A DNA stretch of 64,000 nt from assembly GCA_902797435.1 (NCBI GenBank), contig CADBSV010000055.1, forward strand, positions 4,478-68,477. Direction: 5' to 3'. The position numbers and the translations under genes were made by a program. The stretch comes from an uncultured Bacteroidia bacterium (GTDB lineage: Bacteria; Bacteroidota; Bacteroidia; Bacteroidales; UBA932). Below, in pieces: positions 1 to 10,751 of this stretch (position 1 is its first letter; the number at the start of each line of letters is the position of its first letter). The notes beneath the pieces are model-generated. The model did no database searches. It worked only from the letters and a program-made list of their open reading frames with translations, and had not been told where the DNA came from.

Positions 1-276
1 CACCAGCTCTATCTCGCAGCTGCGCACCCCGGGCGTGAGCTCCACTCCCTGCTTGACTTCCGCCATAACCTCATCTGCCATTGGGCAGTTGGGAGCGGTG
101 AAGGTCATTTTAATGTAAACGTCGTGCGTCTTGCTGATGTTAAGTTCATATATGAGTCCCAGGTCGTAAATGTTTACCGGGATTTCGGGATCGTAAACCT
201 GTTTGAGGGCCAGAACAACGGCGTCATACAAGGGAGCCAGCTGCTTGACATCTTCGGGAGTGAGCACTTCAGACAT
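1..276 (-). CDS. sufT: Fe-S cluster assembly protein, DUF59/SufT family (partial, runs off the window start)
   Basis: Not in the ORF track. Manual translation from ATG at 276 gives MSEVLTPEDV...LKQVYDPEIPVNIYDLGLIYE...MTFTAPNCPMAD, which has the DPE-x-T-x-P-x-CP motifs of DUF59. Overlaps the sufE stop. Confidence 0.9.
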   Translation of the reverse strand, partial: MSEVLTPEDVKQLAPLYDAVVLALKQVYDPEIPVNIYDLGLIYELNISKTHDVYIKMTFTAPNCPMADEVMAEVKQGVELTPGVRSCEIELV

Positions 277-685
277 ATCTTTCCGCCTCTTTTTTTATTG
301 TTTCTATCATCGAAGCAAGGCCTCCTGCCCTTGTTGGAGAGAGGTTCTGCCTGAGGCCTATCGCGTCCACAAAAGAGAAGTCGTCGGTGGCGATCTCAGC
401 TGCGGTTCGTCCGCTGTAAACCTTTATCAATAAAGAAATTATCCCTTTTGTGATAATGGCATCCGAATCTGCTTTGAAGAATAGCCTGCCATCCTCCTGG
501 TGACGGCAGTCCAGCCAGACCCTCGACTGACAGCCCTTGATGAGACGGTCGTCGGTTTTAAGCTCATCCGGAAAAGGTTCCAGCTCTTTTCCCAAGTCTA
601 TCAGATATTCGTATTTGTCGAGCCACTCGTCCATCAGGGAAAAATCCCCGACAACTGCAGCCTTTGCTTCTTCCAAACTGTTCAT
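269..685 (-). CDS. sufE: SufE-family cysteine desulfurase activator / sulfur acceptor
   Basis: KYEYLIDLGK, IKGCQSRVW, ADSDAIITKG and LSPTR motifs. Start placed at ATG 685 (ATGA overlap with the sufS stop) rather than 814. Confidence 0.93.
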   Translation of the reverse strand: MNSLEEAKAAVVGDFSLMDEWLDKYEYLIDLGKELEPFPDELKTDDRLIKGCQSRVWLDCRHQEDGRLFFKADSDAIITKGIISLLIKVYSGRTAAEIATDDFSFVDAIGLRQNLSPTRAGGLASMIETIKKEAERYV

Positions 686-1905
686 TTCAACATCTTTATT
701 GCCTTCTGAAGGCTCTTTATGAAGTATTCCGCTTCTTCCTGTGTATTGTATGGGGCGAAAGAAGCCCGCAGCATGCCCGTGACGCCGTAACGGTCCATCA
801 AGGGTTCTGCGCACATCTGTCCCGAACGTACCGCGATACCCATTTTATCGAGAATAAGCGCGAGGTCTTCATGGTGCGCACCTTCAACGGCAAACGAAAA
901 CAGGGGTATCTTCTGTTCCGGTTTACCGGGCGTTCCAAAGAGGCGTAGCCCCGGTATTTGAGACAGGGCGTCCAGCATATAACGCTTGACACCTTCGGTT
1001 TCGGGATACTCACGCAGCTTCTTTACCCATCCCAAAGCAGGCACGAGCGTGGGCACTCCCGCTATATTCTGGGTGCCGGCTTCGAATTTATACGGAACCG
1101 GAGCGAAAGTGCTTCCGGAAAACTTTACGGTGGATATCATCTCTCCCCCGCCCATATACGGCGGAAGAGAATCCAGCAACTGCTTCTTTCCCCAGAGCAC
1201 GCCGGTTCCCGGAGCAGCGTAAATCTTATGACCCGAAAAGACATAAAAATCGGCACCGAGCTCTTTTACGTCCGTTTTGCAGTGCACTATTCCCTGCGCC
1301 CCGTCCACTACCAATAGAATGTCGTGACTGTGGCAAAGCGAAGCTATTTCGCTCACCGGATTTATAATCCCGAGCACATTGGACACTTGCGCAATACTGC
1401 AGATGCGTGTTCTTTCTGTAATTAGACGCGGGAGCTCCTCCAATTTGACAAGCCCATTGTCATCTATAGGTAAAACCTTTATTTTTAATAGTTTACGCTC
1501 CGCAAGAAACTGCCATGGGAGGATATTGGAATGATGCTCTGCTTCCGAAACTATTATTTCGTCGCCTGGCCCCAGAAAGTTTTTCTTTTCCCCGAGACTG
1601 TATGCGAGAAGGTTTATGCCGTGGGTCGTGCCGCTGGTGAAAACAATCTCTTTGGGAGAATCGGCTCCTATAAACGAGGCGACTGCCGACCGGGCATCCT
1701 CAAATTCTTCGGTCGCCCTTTCGGCCACTGCGTGAACAGCCCGATGAAGGTTCGCACTGAATCGGGAGGACATATCATCCCACTTTGCTATCACGTCCCG
1801 CGGACGCAGGGCTGTTGCCGCATTATCCAGATACACAAGGGGTTTATTATAAACCTTTTGTGATAACTGCGGGAATTCCGACCTTATTTCTTCTATCGAC
1901 GACAT
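682..1905 (-). CDS. sufS: Cysteine desulfurase, SufS (group II)
   Basis: YLDNAAT, EHHSN, DGAQ, SGHK (PLP lysine), FEAGT and VRSGQMCA catalytic-Cys loop. Confidence 0.95.
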   Translation of the reverse strand: MSSIEEIRSEFPQLSQKVYNKPLVYLDNAATALRPRDVIAKWDDMSSRFSANLHRAVHAVAERATEEFEDARSAVASFIGADSPKEIVFTSGTTHGINLLAYSLGEKKNFLGPGDEIIVSEAEHHSNILPWQFLAERKLLKIKVLPIDDNGLVKLEELPRLITERTRICSIAQVSNVLGIINPVSEIASLCHSHDILLVVDGAQGIVHCKTDVKELGADFYVFSGHKIYAAPGTGVLWGKKQLLDSLPPYMGGGEMISTVKFSGSTFAPVPYKFEAGTQNIAGVPTLVPALGWVKKLREYPETEGVKRYMLDALSQIPGLRLFGTPGKPEQKIPLFSFAVEGAHHEDLALILDKMGIAVRSGQMCAEPLMDRYGVTGMLRASFAPYNTQEEAEYFIKSLQKAIKMLK

Positions 1906-1912
1906 AAGAATA

Positions 1913-1941
1913 CAAATTTAACATTTATTTCGCTATTTTTG
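1913..1941. promoter_or_regulatory. Back-to-back Bacteroidota sigma-A -7 elements for sufS (minus) and ruvA (plus)
   Basis: CAAATTTA at 1913-1920 (TAAATTTG on minus) and TATTTTTG at 1934-1941 both match TAnnTTTG and lie 7 and 5 nt from their ATGs. Confidence 0.7.
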
Positions 1942-1946
1942 CAGGT

Positions 1947-2543
1947 ATGATAGACTACATCAAAGGAAAAATCGCAGAAATCGCTCCCACAAGAATAGTT
2001 GTGGAGAATGCCGGTATCGGATACGCGGCAGAAATATCGCTGCAAACTTACACAGCCCTTGAGAATAAAGATGAAATTACCGTCTATATACAGAAACAGG
2101 TAAATCCCCGGGATGGCAGCGAAATCGACTACGGTTTTGCCACAAAAGACGAAAGGGCTCTATTTCAAATGATTACAGGAGTCTCAGGGATGGGTGCTTC
2201 CTCTGCAAGGATGGTCCTTTCGTCGATGACCGCGGAGGAATTCCAGACAGCTGTCCTCGCAGAAGATCTTAACAAAATCAAATCCGTTAAAGGTATTGGT
2301 CTCAAGACTGCCCAGCGGCTCATACTCGAACTTAAAGACAAAGTAGTCAAAGGCAGCAGCGACATTCCCCAGACTGAACTCTTCAGAAGCATCGACAACA
2401 AAGCCGTCGAGGAAGCGACCCAGGCTCTTGTCCTGCTTGGTTTCGCAAAACCCGCAGTTGCAAAAGCGATTCAGAAAATCCTGGAGAAAAAGCCGGATTC
2501 CAAGGTGGAAGAACTCATCAAATCTGCCCTTCAGATTTTGTAA
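1947..2543 (+). CDS. ruvA: Holliday junction branch migration protein RuvA
   Basis: MIDYIKG, YGF, VSGMG and VKGIGLKTAQRLILELKDK HhH motifs, C-terminal ALVLLGF. Confidence 0.96.
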   Translation: MIDYIKGKIAEIAPTRIVVENAGIGYAAEISLQTYTALENKDEITVYIQKQVNPRDGSEIDYGFATKDERALFQMITGVSGMGASSARMVLSSMTAEEFQTAVLAEDLNKIKSVKGIGLKTAQRLILELKDKVVKGSSDIPQTELFRSIDNKAVEEATQALVLLGFAKPAVAKAIQKILEKKPDSKVEELIKSALQIL

Positions 2544-2544
2544 A

Positions 2545-4413
2545 CTATCTCCCGAAATACACCAGCAGCACAGAAATATCCGAAGGTGAAACGCCCGAAA
2601 TACGCGAGGCTTGTGCAAGGGTAACAGGCTGATATTTAGATAGTTTTTGACGAGCTTCGATAGTCAGGCCCGAGATTTTTGAATAATCGAATCCCTCGGG
2701 AATCTTGAGATGTTCCAGGCGGTGGTTTTTCTCCGCCTGTTTTTTTTCCCTTTCAATATATCCCTCATATTTAAGGGATATTTCCACAGACTCTACAACA
2801 TCTGCGGAATACTCTTCGGATGTTCCACGTGGAACTTTTTTAAGTAAATCTGACAAATTTACCTCAGGACGAAGAACCAAATCGGAAACTCTCTTACTCT
2901 CTGTTATGGGGTTCGAGTCAACAGAGGTAAGATAATCATTAATAGTAGCCGGAGAGAGCGTTGCGGAAGAACAAAAACTCAAAAGAGAAGAAATAGTGTC
3001 ATATTTTAAATTAGTCAGGTCTTCCCTCTCCTGAGAAACCAATCCTATTTCGAAAGCCCTGTGCGTCAGACGTAAATCCGCATTATCCTGACGAAGAAGT
3101 ATTCGATACTCGGCTCTTGACGTAAACATACGATACGGTTCGTCCACACCCTTGGTTAGAAGATCATCTATGAGAACACCGATGTATGCATCCTCCCGTC
3201 CGAGTATAAAAGGCTCTTTTTCAGATACTTTCAGACTTGCATTTATGCCGGCCACAAGACCCTGTGCGGCTGCTTCCTCATACCCTGTCGTTCCATTAAC
3301 CTGCCCTGCAAGGAACAGGTTTTCTACGAACTTGCTTTCGAGGGAAGGACGAAGGCCGGTGGGGTCGAAATAGTCGTACTCAACAGCATAAGCCGGCTTA
3401 AAAACTTTTGCTTCCTCAAGACCGACAATCTTATGAAGGGCCTGCATCTGGATATCGAGAGGAAGAGAAGAAGAAAAGCCTTGAAGGTAATATTCGGTAG
3501 TATTGCGGCCTTCGGGTTCAAGGAACAACTGATGGGCCGGATTATCAGGAAATACCCTGAGCTTGTCTTCAATGCTCGGACAATACCTTGGACCTATGCC
3601 CTGGATCATGCCGGTAAACATAGGAGAATCTTCGAACCCCTTACGGAGTGTCTCATGTACGGACTCATTGGTATGCAGTATATAGCACTCCATCTGCGAC
3701 TCCCCTGCCTGGACTGCAGAAGGAATATCGAGAAATGAAAAACGAGATGGAAATTCATCCCCTTGTTGTTTCGTAAGTTTCTCTGTATCAATAGATTTAA
3801 TATCAATACGCGGAGGCGTTCCTGTTTTCATCCTTCCGGAAGTCAAACCCCTATCAACCAACTGCTGAGTTAATCCTAAAGATGGAGACTCTCCTATTCT
3901 TCCGCCGGCAAAGGAATGTCTTCCGATAAAAAGACGCCCCCCAAGGAATGTCCCGGCAGTAAGGATAACCGCACGAGAATTAAAAATTGCTCCTGTATTT
4001 GTACAGACACCGGTAATTTTTGAATTCTCGAAGAGGAATTGTGTAACAATATCTGCGTAAATATCTATGTTACAGTGATTTTCAAGAATTCCTCGCCAAA
4101 CCTGAGAAAACTTGATTTTATCGCATTGAGCACGCGGACTCCACATTGCCGGGCCCTTGGAACGGTTTAGCATCCGGAACTGAAGAGTAGCGGCGTCAGT
4201 AACAATACCCATCATTCCTCCAAGTGCGTCAATCTCCCTTACAATCTGTCCCTTGGCAATTCCGCCGACTGCCGGATTACAACTCATCTGGGCGAATCCG
4301 GTCAGATTCATGGAGATGATAAGAACCTTGGAACCGAGATTGGCTGCAGCGACGGCAGCTTCACAGCCGGCATGCCCTCCCCCGACGACAATTATATCAT
4401 AAGACGGAAACAT
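2545..4413 (-). CDS. mnmG: tRNA uridine-5-carboxymethylaminomethyl modification enzyme MnmG (GidA)
   Basis: [63 protein letters not shown] at 4413; an in-frame GTG at 4416 is an alternative start. Confidence 0.97.
   Translation of the reverse strand: MFPSYDIIVVGGGHAGCEAAVAAANLGSKVLIISMNLTGFAQMSCNPAVGGIAKGQIVREIDALGGMMGIVTDAATLQFRMLNRSKGPAMWSPRAQCDKIKFSQVWRGILENHCNIDIYADIVTQFLFENSKITGVCTNTGAIFNSRAVILTAGTFLGGRLFIGRHSFAGGRIGESPSLGLTQQLVDRGLTSGRMKTGTPPRIDIKSIDTEKLTKQQGDEFPSRFSFLDIPSAVQAGESQMECYILHTNESVHETLRKGFEDSPMFTGMIQGIGPRYCPSIEDKLRVFPDNPAHQLFLEPEGRNTTEYYLQGFSSSLPLDIQMQALHKIVGLEEAKVFKPAYAVEYDYFDPTGLRPSLESKFVENLFLAGQVNGTTGYEEAAAQGLVAGINASLKVSEKEPFILGREDAYIGVLIDDLLTKGVDEPYRMFTSRAEYRILLRQDNADLRLTHRAFEIGLVSQEREDLTNLKYDTISSLLSFCSSATLSPATINDYLTSVDSNPITESKRVSDLVLRPEVNLSDLLKKVPRGTSEEYSADVVESVEISLKYEGYIEREKKQAEKNHRLEHLKIPEGFDYSKISGLTIEARQKLSKYQPVTLAQASRISGVSPSDISVLLVYFGR
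2821..2836. other. parS centromere-like site (ParB binding)
   Basis: TGTTCCACGTGGAACT is a 15/16 match to the palindromic parS TGTTCCACGTGGAACA. It lies inside mnmG and encodes VPRGT. Confidence 0.85.
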
Positions 4414-4844
4414 CACTTTTCTCCAGTTACTGATTCCCGCAGGGAAAGATAGTAATCTTCTTTTGCCCTCATTGTAGCCTGCTCCTCCGGAGTATGGTCG
4501 TCGTAACCTATGAGATGAAGAATTCCGTGAACCATTACCCTGCGAAGTTCCACGGAGAACTCCGCCCCATAAAAGGAGGCATTATCTTTAACTGAGTCGA
4601 TGCTTATGAAAAGATCTCCCGAAAGGATATTTCCCTCAACATAATCGAAGGTGATTATGTCTGTAAAATAATCGTGTCCAAGATACTTTATATTGACGTC
4701 AAGGATATAGGGATCTGAACAAAAAATAATATTAACGTCACCTATTCTCTTCGACTCGGCCTCGGCAACAAAACGCAACCATTTATTGTTTGCTATTTTG
4801 CCTTTAAGATTGAAATCAATAGATTCGGAAAAATACTTAATCAT
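4413..4844 (-). CDS. ybeY: rRNA maturation endoribonuclease YbeY
   Basis: TDIITF, GDLFIS and [12 protein letters not shown] zinc motif. Confidence 0.96.
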   Translation of the reverse strand: MIKYFSESIDFNLKGKIANNKWLRFVAEAESKRIGDVNIIFCSDPYILDVNIKYLGHDYFTDIITFDYVEGNILSGDLFISIDSVKDNASFYGAEFSVELRRVMVHGILHLIGYDDHTPEEQATMRAKEDYYLSLRESVTGEK

Positions 4845-4939
4845 GGCACAAAGTTAACTCTAATATCCAAAAAATTGGAATTCAAAATAAAATTTAATAC
4901 CTTTGAAGTTGCGAATAAGAATATAAACAATAACCAGAT

Positions 4940-5629
4940 ATGGAAGTTAAGAAATCAGCAAAGGCAAGTCTGGAGAACAAAAGGCTTCTCTTCATCGAGA
5001 TTGGTCTTGTGGTTTCGCTCGCCATAGTACTTGGAGCATTCGAATACAGTTCCAAGGAAAAGAAACAGTCCATTATGGAGGCTGTAAGCGAGGAAATCAT
5101 TGAAGATGAAATGGTTCCTATCACACAGGAAACACCTCCGCCACCTCCTGCAGCACCCGAAATCCCCGTTCTGTCCGACCAGATAGACATCGTGGACGAC
5201 GAAATCGAAGTTGACGACAACATCCTCAACCTCGAAGACGATGCAAACCTCGGTGTAGAAATAATGGACTACGTGGAAGAGGTTCAGGAAGAAACCGTGG
5301 AAGAAGAAGCCATTCCTTTCCAGCTTGTAGAAACCAAGCCGAGCTTCATGGGCGGCGACGCACAAACGTTCCGCAACTGGGTCAACGAAAGGCTTGAATA
5401 CCCCGAAATTGCTAAGGAAAACGGTATTCAGGGCCGTGTTACACTGCAGTTTACGGTAGGTGCAGACGGTAAGGTATCCAATGTAAAAGTTCTCCGCGGA
5501 GTCGATCCTACCCTTGACAAGGAAGCTGTCCGAGTCGTCTCCATGTCTCCGAAGTGGAGCCCCGGAAAACAGAGGGACCGTGCGGTCAAGGTAACTTATA
5601 CCTTCCCCGTAATCTTCCAGCTCAGATAG
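4940..5629 (+). CDS. tonB: Energy transducer TonB
   Basis: N-terminal TM anchor, Pro-rich linker (TPPPPPAAP), TonB C-terminal domain YPEIAKENGIQGRV...WSPGKQR. Confidence 0.92.
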   Translation: MEVKKSAKASLENKRLLFIEIGLVVSLAIVLGAFEYSSKEKKQSIMEAVSEEIIEDEMVPITQETPPPPPAAPEIPVLSDQIDIVDDEIEVDDNILNLEDDANLGVEIMDYVEEVQEETVEEEAIPFQLVETKPSFMGGDAQTFRNWVNERLEYPEIAKENGIQGRVTLQFTVGADGKVSNVKVLRGVDPTLDKEAVRVVSMSPKWSPGKQRDRAVKVTYTFPVIFQLR

Positions 5630-5656
5630 AACTATAAAACCCGTTTTAACATTCTC

Positions 5657-5696
5657 AGTAAGCCGTACCCACAATGTGGTCCGGCTTACTTTATTT
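5657..5696 (+). terminator. Probable intrinsic terminator after tonB
   Basis: AGTAAGCCG...CGGCTTACT inverted repeat followed by TTATTT. Confidence 0.55.
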
Positions 5697-5716
5697 AACA
5701 GCTGTCCCATATCTCC

Positions 5717-6901
5717 ATGGAAGAACTGATAAACGAAAAAGCTGTCTTCGTCGGAATAATAAAGCAAAACGACAACGAAGAACAAATACTTGAGTATCTG
5801 GACGAATTGCGATTTCTTGCCAAAACGGCCGGCATAGAAGGAGACAAAACATTTGTCCAGAAGGTTGACCGGCCGGATGGAGCTACATATATCCGCAGCG
5901 GTAAGGTAGAAGAAATAGGAGCCTACTGCGAAGAAAACGGAATAAGGTACTGTATTTTCGACGACGAACTTACCGGAATGCAGCAGCGAAACATCGAGCG
6001 GATGATGAAGCACTGCATAGTTATTGACAGAACAAGCCTCATTCTCGAGATTTTCGCCCAGCGGGCACAGACTTCCTATGCAAAAATGCAGGTGGAACTG
6101 GCAAGGCTCAACTATATGCTACCGCGCCTTGCAGGCATGTGGACCCACCTCGAAAGGCAAAGGGGAGGAAAGGGAACCAGAGGCGGTATGGGTGAAACCC
6201 AGATAGAAGCCGACAGACGAATAGTAAAACAAAGAATTACACGTCTTAAGGAACAACTCGCGAAAGTGGACAGGCAGATGAGCACCCAGAGAAGCAACAG
6301 AGGGCAGCTTGTGCGGCTTGCGCTCGTAGGATACACCAACGTAGGCAAGAGTACGCTTATGAACCTGCTGGCCAAGTCCAATATATTCGCAGAAAACAAA
6401 CTGTTTGCAACCCTCGACACTACAGTCAGAAAAATCGTCATAGAAAACGTGCCTTTCCTTCTTAGCGATACGGTAGGATTTATACGGAAACTGCCGACTC
6501 AGCTCATAGAGGCATTCAAAAGCACACTTGACGAAGTAAGGGAAGCGGATATACTGGTGCATGTCGTTGACATATCACATCCCGGATTCGAAGAACAAAT
6601 GGAAGTTGTAGAAAGGACGCTTCGCGAAATCGGAGCCGGGAACAAACCGGTATATGTGGTTTTCAACAAGGTGGACGCCTATACATATAAGGAATATGAT
6701 CAGTTCTCCCTGACTCCGCCTACAAAGGAGAACAGAAGCCTCGACCAACTTAAGAACAGTTGGATTGCCCAGGAAAAGAGTCCCTGCATTTTTATCAGCG
6801 CACTCACAAAAGAAGGTATTCCCAAACTGCGCAACGACATATATAAAATGGTTGCGGAAATACATGCGGGAAGGTATCCCTTCAATAACTTCCTCTGGTA
6901 G
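5717..6901 (+). CDS. hflX: GTPase HflX
   Basis: IDRTSLILEIF, GETQIEADRR, GYTNVGKS, LFATLDTT, DTVGFI, NKVD. Confidence 0.96.
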   Translation: MEELINEKAVFVGIIKQNDNEEQILEYLDELRFLAKTAGIEGDKTFVQKVDRPDGATYIRSGKVEEIGAYCEENGIRYCIFDDELTGMQQRNIERMMKHCIVIDRTSLILEIFAQRAQTSYAKMQVELARLNYMLPRLAGMWTHLERQRGGKGTRGGMGETQIEADRRIVKQRITRLKEQLAKVDRQMSTQRSNRGQLVRLALVGYTNVGKSTLMNLLAKSNIFAENKLFATLDTTVRKIVIENVPFLLSDTVGFIRKLPTQLIEAFKSTLDEVREADILVHVVDISHPGFEEQMEVVERTLREIGAGNKPVYVVFNKVDAYTYKEYDQFSLTPPTKENRSLDQLKNSWIAQEKSPCIFISALTKEGIPKLRNDIYKMVAEIHAGRYPFNNFLW

Positions 6902-6915
6902 GTTGGTAGGGAGTA

Positions 6916-6953
6916 AGAAAAGGGCACTTGAATTGTTTCAAGTGCCCTTTTCT
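6916..6953. terminator. Bidirectional intrinsic terminator between convergent hflX and sdhB
   Basis: Perfect 17-bp inverted repeat AGAAAAGGGCACTTGAA-TTGT-TTCAAGTGCCCTTTTCT. Confidence 0.85.
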
Positions 6954-6967
6954 ACATACTATAGATA

Positions 6968-7753
6968 TTAGGCTTTATCCCTGAAATGGGCTTTCAGGAA
7001 TTCCCTGTTGAGACGTGCTATGTTCTCAATGCTGACACCCTTCGGACACTCCAGTTCGCATGCTCTGGTATTGGTACAGTTACCGAATCCGAGCTCGTCC
7101 ATTTTGGCAACCATGTTAGCCGCCCTCTTGGCTGCTTCAGGAGCTCCCTGGGGAAGGAGTGCAAGAGAACTTACGCGGGCTGCTACGAAGAGCATCGCAG
7201 AACCGTTCTTACAGGTGGCGACACATGCTCCGCAGCCTATGCAAGCCGCAGCATCCATGCTCTTTTCTGCCTTGTCATGGCCAATGAGAATTGCATTCGC
7301 ATCCTGTGCAGAACCTGTGCGGACAGATATGAATCCGCCGGCCTGGAGAATCTTGTCGAAAGCCGAACGGTCAACGACAAGGTCCTTTATAACCGGGAAT
7401 GCAGCAGAACGGAAAGGCTCTACCGTTATAGTGGAACCGTCCTTAAAATGACGCATGAAAAGCTGGCAGGTGGTAACCCTGTCATCTGGTCCGTGCGCAC
7501 GGCCGTTTATAAACAGGCCGCATGCGCCGCAGATTCCTTCCCTGCAGTCGTGATCGAACGAAACGGGACCGCTGCTCTTGCATCCACGCTCGACAGCCAC
7601 AGGATCGGCGCCTTCGCGAATAAGCTGCTCATTGAGGATATCAAGCATTTCCAGGAAGGAAGCGTCGCTTTCAATCCCGCTTATGTGATAGGTTTCGAAA
7701 TGTCCTTTGCTCTTGGCGTTCTTCTGACGCCATATCTTGAGATTGAATTCCAT
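6968..7753 (-). CDS. sdhB: Succinate dehydrogenase / fumarate reductase iron-sulfur subunit
   Basis: [21 protein letters not shown] and [12 protein letters not shown] Fe-S motifs. Confidence 0.95.
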   Translation of the reverse strand: MEFNLKIWRQKNAKSKGHFETYHISGIESDASFLEMLDILNEQLIREGADPVAVERGCKSSGPVSFDHDCREGICGACGLFINGRAHGPDDRVTTCQLFMRHFKDGSTITVEPFRSAAFPVIKDLVVDRSAFDKILQAGGFISVRTGSAQDANAILIGHDKAEKSMDAAACIGCGACVATCKNGSAMLFVAARVSSLALLPQGAPEAAKRAANMVAKMDELGFGNCTNTRACELECPKGVSIENIARLNREFLKAHFRDKA

Positions 7754-7758
7754 ACTCC

Positions 7759-9708
7759 TTAGTCTTTATAGTTACGGGTCTTGACCTCGATGAACTCATA
7801 TTTGAGAGGTTCCTTGTGAAGAACAGGATCCTGACCTTCTCCCTTGTATTCCCAAGCGGCCACATACATAAAATTCTTGTCGTCGCGCTTGGCTTCACCC
7901 TCTTCTGTCTGGCTCTCGACACGGAAATGTCCTCCGCAGCTTTCCTTGCGGTTGAGGGCATCCAGTGCCATCAGTTCACCAATGTCAAAGAAGTCTTCGA
8001 GACGCAGGGCCTTCTCCAGTTCCTGATTGAATTCGAACTGGGTACCGGGAACGCAGACATCTTTATAGAATTCTTCACGAAGAGCCTTAATTTCAGATAT
8101 GGCCTTCTTGAGACCCTCTTCGTCGCGAGCCATTCCTACATACTCCCACATGATGTTACCGAGTTTCTTGTGCAGCACATCCACAGGAGTCTTTCCACCA
8201 ATGGAGAAAAGACGGTCGATACGCGCCTGCACTGCCTTTTCGGCCTCGGCAAACTCAGGAGACGAAACGTCTGTCTTGGGCTCCGAGAACTTCTTCGAAA
8301 GATAATCGCCTATTGTGACGGGAACTACAAAATAACCGTCAGCCAGGCCCTGCATAAGGGCAGAAGCTCCAAGCCTGTTTCCGCCATGATCGGAGAAGTT
8401 GGCCTCTCCGATAGCATAAAGACCGGGAACGGTGGTCTGAAGGTCGTAGTCAACCCAAATACCTCCCATTGTATAATGGATGGCCGGATAAATCATCATA
8501 GGCTCCTCCCACGGAGAAGAATCGGTTATCTTCTCATACATTTCGAAGAGGTTGCCGTAACGTTCTGCAACTCTCTGATGACCAAGCCTTTGAATTGCTT
8601 CAGAGAAATCGAGGAACACTGCCTTTCCCGTTTCATTGACACCATAGCCCGCATCGCATCTCTCCTTTGCGGCACGTGAAGCCACATCGCGGGGAACAAG
8701 GTTACCGAAAGCAGGATAACGACGCTCCAGATAGTAATCTCTATCTTCTTCCGGAATCTGGGAAGCTTTGATTTCTCCCCTGCGAAGTTTTGCAACGTCT
8801 TCCTTTTTCTTCGGAACCCAGATACGTCCGTCATTACGCAGGCTCTCACTCATGAGGGTAAGTTTGCACTGCTGCTCACCGTGAACAGGAATACAGGTAG
8901 GATGGATCTGCGCAAAGCAAGGATTTGCAAAGAAAGCTCCCTTGCGGTAGCACTGCATTGCAGCGGAACCATTTGAATTCATAGCATTGGTACTGAGGAA
9001 ATAAGTATTTCCGTATCCGCCCGTAGCTATTATTACGGCATGGGCGCCGAACCTTTCCAGCTGACCGGTAGCCAGATTACGTGCAATAATTCCCTTTGCC
9101 TGACCGTTTATTACGACAAGGTCAAGCATCTCGTGCCTGGGATAACTCTTTACGGTCCCTGCCGCTATCTGACGGTTAAGTGCGGCATAAGCACCCAGAA
9201 GCAGCTGCTGTCCGGTTTGTCCGCGGGCATAAAAGGTACGGCTCACCTGCACGCCGCCGAAAGAACGGTTGGCAAGATAACCGCCGTATTCACGGGCAAA
9301 CGGAATACCCTGAGCCACGCACTGGTCTATGATTGCGGAACTCACTTCCGCAAGACGATACACATTGGCTTCACGGGCACGATAGTCACCACCTTTGATG
9401 GTATCATAGAAAAGCCTGTAAACTGAGTCGTTGTCATTCTGGTAATTCTTTGCAGCGTTTATACCGCCCTGTGCAGCAATTGAATGTGCACGCCTGGGGG
9501 AGTCGCTGATACAGAAAACCTTCACATTATAGCCAAGTTCTCCGAGCGTGGCAGCTGCAGATGCACCTCCCAGACCGGTTCCCACAACTATAATTTCAAG
9601 TTTTCTCTTGTTGTTCGGACTTACCAGATGAATCTCCGATTTGCGCTTCGTCCATTTTTCGGCGAGCGGACCATCGGGCACCTTGGAAATGAGTTTTGAG
9701 TCTGTCAT
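7759..9708 (-). CDS. sdhA: Succinate dehydrogenase / fumarate reductase flavoprotein subunit
   Basis: GTGLGG FAD motif, [38 protein letters not shown]. Confidence 0.95.
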   Translation of the reverse strand: MTDSKLISKVPDGPLAEKWTKRKSEIHLVSPNNKRKLEIIVVGTGLGGASAAATLGELGYNVKVFCISDSPRRAHSIAAQGGINAAKNYQNDNDSVYRLFYDTIKGGDYRAREANVYRLAEVSSAIIDQCVAQGIPFAREYGGYLANRSFGGVQVSRTFYARGQTGQQLLLGAYAALNRQIAAGTVKSYPRHEMLDLVVINGQAKGIIARNLATGQLERFGAHAVIIATGGYGNTYFLSTNAMNSNGSAAMQCYRKGAFFANPCFAQIHPTCIPVHGEQQCKLTLMSESLRNDGRIWVPKKKEDVAKLRRGEIKASQIPEEDRDYYLERRYPAFGNLVPRDVASRAAKERCDAGYGVNETGKAVFLDFSEAIQRLGHQRVAERYGNLFEMYEKITDSSPWEEPMMIYPAIHYTMGGIWVDYDLQTTVPGLYAIGEANFSDHGGNRLGASALMQGLADGYFVVPVTIGDYLSKKFSEPKTDVSSPEFAEAEKAVQARIDRLFSIGGKTPVDVLHKKLGNIMWEYVGMARDEEGLKKAISEIKALREEFYKDVCVPGTQFEFNQELEKALRLEDFFDIGELMALDALNRKESCGGHFRVESQTEEGEAKRDDKNFMYVAAWEYKGEGQDPVLHKEPLKYEFIEVKTRNYKD

Positions 9709-9712
9709 AATA

Positions 9713-10729
9713 TTAAAAAAGTGTATTTTCTGATTCGGATTTCTTTATGCCGAGATGTTCATAGGCCCTGTCGGTCGCGATACGTCCCCTCTGGGTACGG
9801 AGAATATATCCTTCCTTGATGAGGAAAGGCTCATAAACCTCCTCGAACGTTCCCTGATCTTCACCTATGGCGGTAGCAATGGTGTTTGCCCCCACTGGAC
9901 CTCCCTTGAACTTGTTTATGATAGTATCGAGGATCCTGTTGTCTATCGTGTCGAGTCCACGGATATCTATATGGAGTTTATCCAGTGCATACCTGGTAAT
10001 CTTCAAATCTATAGTTCCAGTCCCCATTACCTGTGCAAAATCACGCACGCGCCTGAGCAGACTGTTCGCAATTCGGGGAGTACCGCGCGAACGGAGCGCT
10101 ATCTCCTGGGCGGCCTCATCCTCGATGGGAATATTCAATATGCCCGCAGAACGCTTCACTATCCTCTGCAGATCCGAAGAATCATAATATTCAAGGGCAC
10201 AGTCTATTCCGAAACGGGCACGGAGAGGGGCCGTCAGCAATCCCTTGCGGGTGGTGGCCCCAACCAGAGTAAACGGAGCCAGATTGATTCTCACCGACCT
10301 CGCACCCGGCCCCTTCTCTATCATGATGTCGATGACAAAGTCTTCCATAGCCGAATACAGATACTCCTCAACTTCGGGTGAGAGCCTGTGGATTTCGTCT
10401 ATGAAAAGCACATCCCCCTCTTCAAGGGAAGTGAGCAGCCCGGCCAGGTCGCCGGGGCGGTCGAGCACGGGGCCGGAGGTGATTTTCATGTTCACCCCCA
10501 TCTCGTTTGCGATTATATGCGCAAGGGTAGTTTTTCCAAGTCCCGGAGGACCATGAAAGAGAGTATGGTCAAGGGACTCCCCGCGCATCTTGGCAGCCTG
10601 GATATAGACATGAAGATTCTGGACAATCTCGCGCTGTCCTGTAAAATCTTCAAGTTCCTGCGGGCGGATAATTCCGTCCAATTCCTTATCTTTGCCGTCA
10701 GGAGTATTTCGCGGGTCGAATTCTGCCAT
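9713..10729 (-). CDS. ruvB: Holliday junction branch migration helicase RuvB
   Basis: [40 protein letters not shown]. Start placed at MAEFDP (10729). Confidence 0.96.
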   Translation of the reverse strand: MAEFDPRNTPDGKDKELDGIIRPQELEDFTGQREIVQNLHVYIQAAKMRGESLDHTLFHGPPGLGKTTLAHIIANEMGVNMKITSGPVLDRPGDLAGLLTSLEEGDVLFIDEIHRLSPEVEEYLYSAMEDFVIDIMIEKGPGARSVRINLAPFTLVGATTRKGLLTAPLRARFGIDCALEYYDSSDLQRIVKRSAGILNIPIEDEAAQEIALRSRGTPRIANSLLRRVRDFAQVMGTGTIDLKITRYALDKLHIDIRGLDTIDNRILDTIINKFKGGPVGANTIATAIGEDQGTFEEVYEPFLIKEGYILRTQRGRIATDRAYEHLGIKKSESENTLF

Positions 10730-10751
10730 CTTCGGGGAGTCTGCTCTAAGC

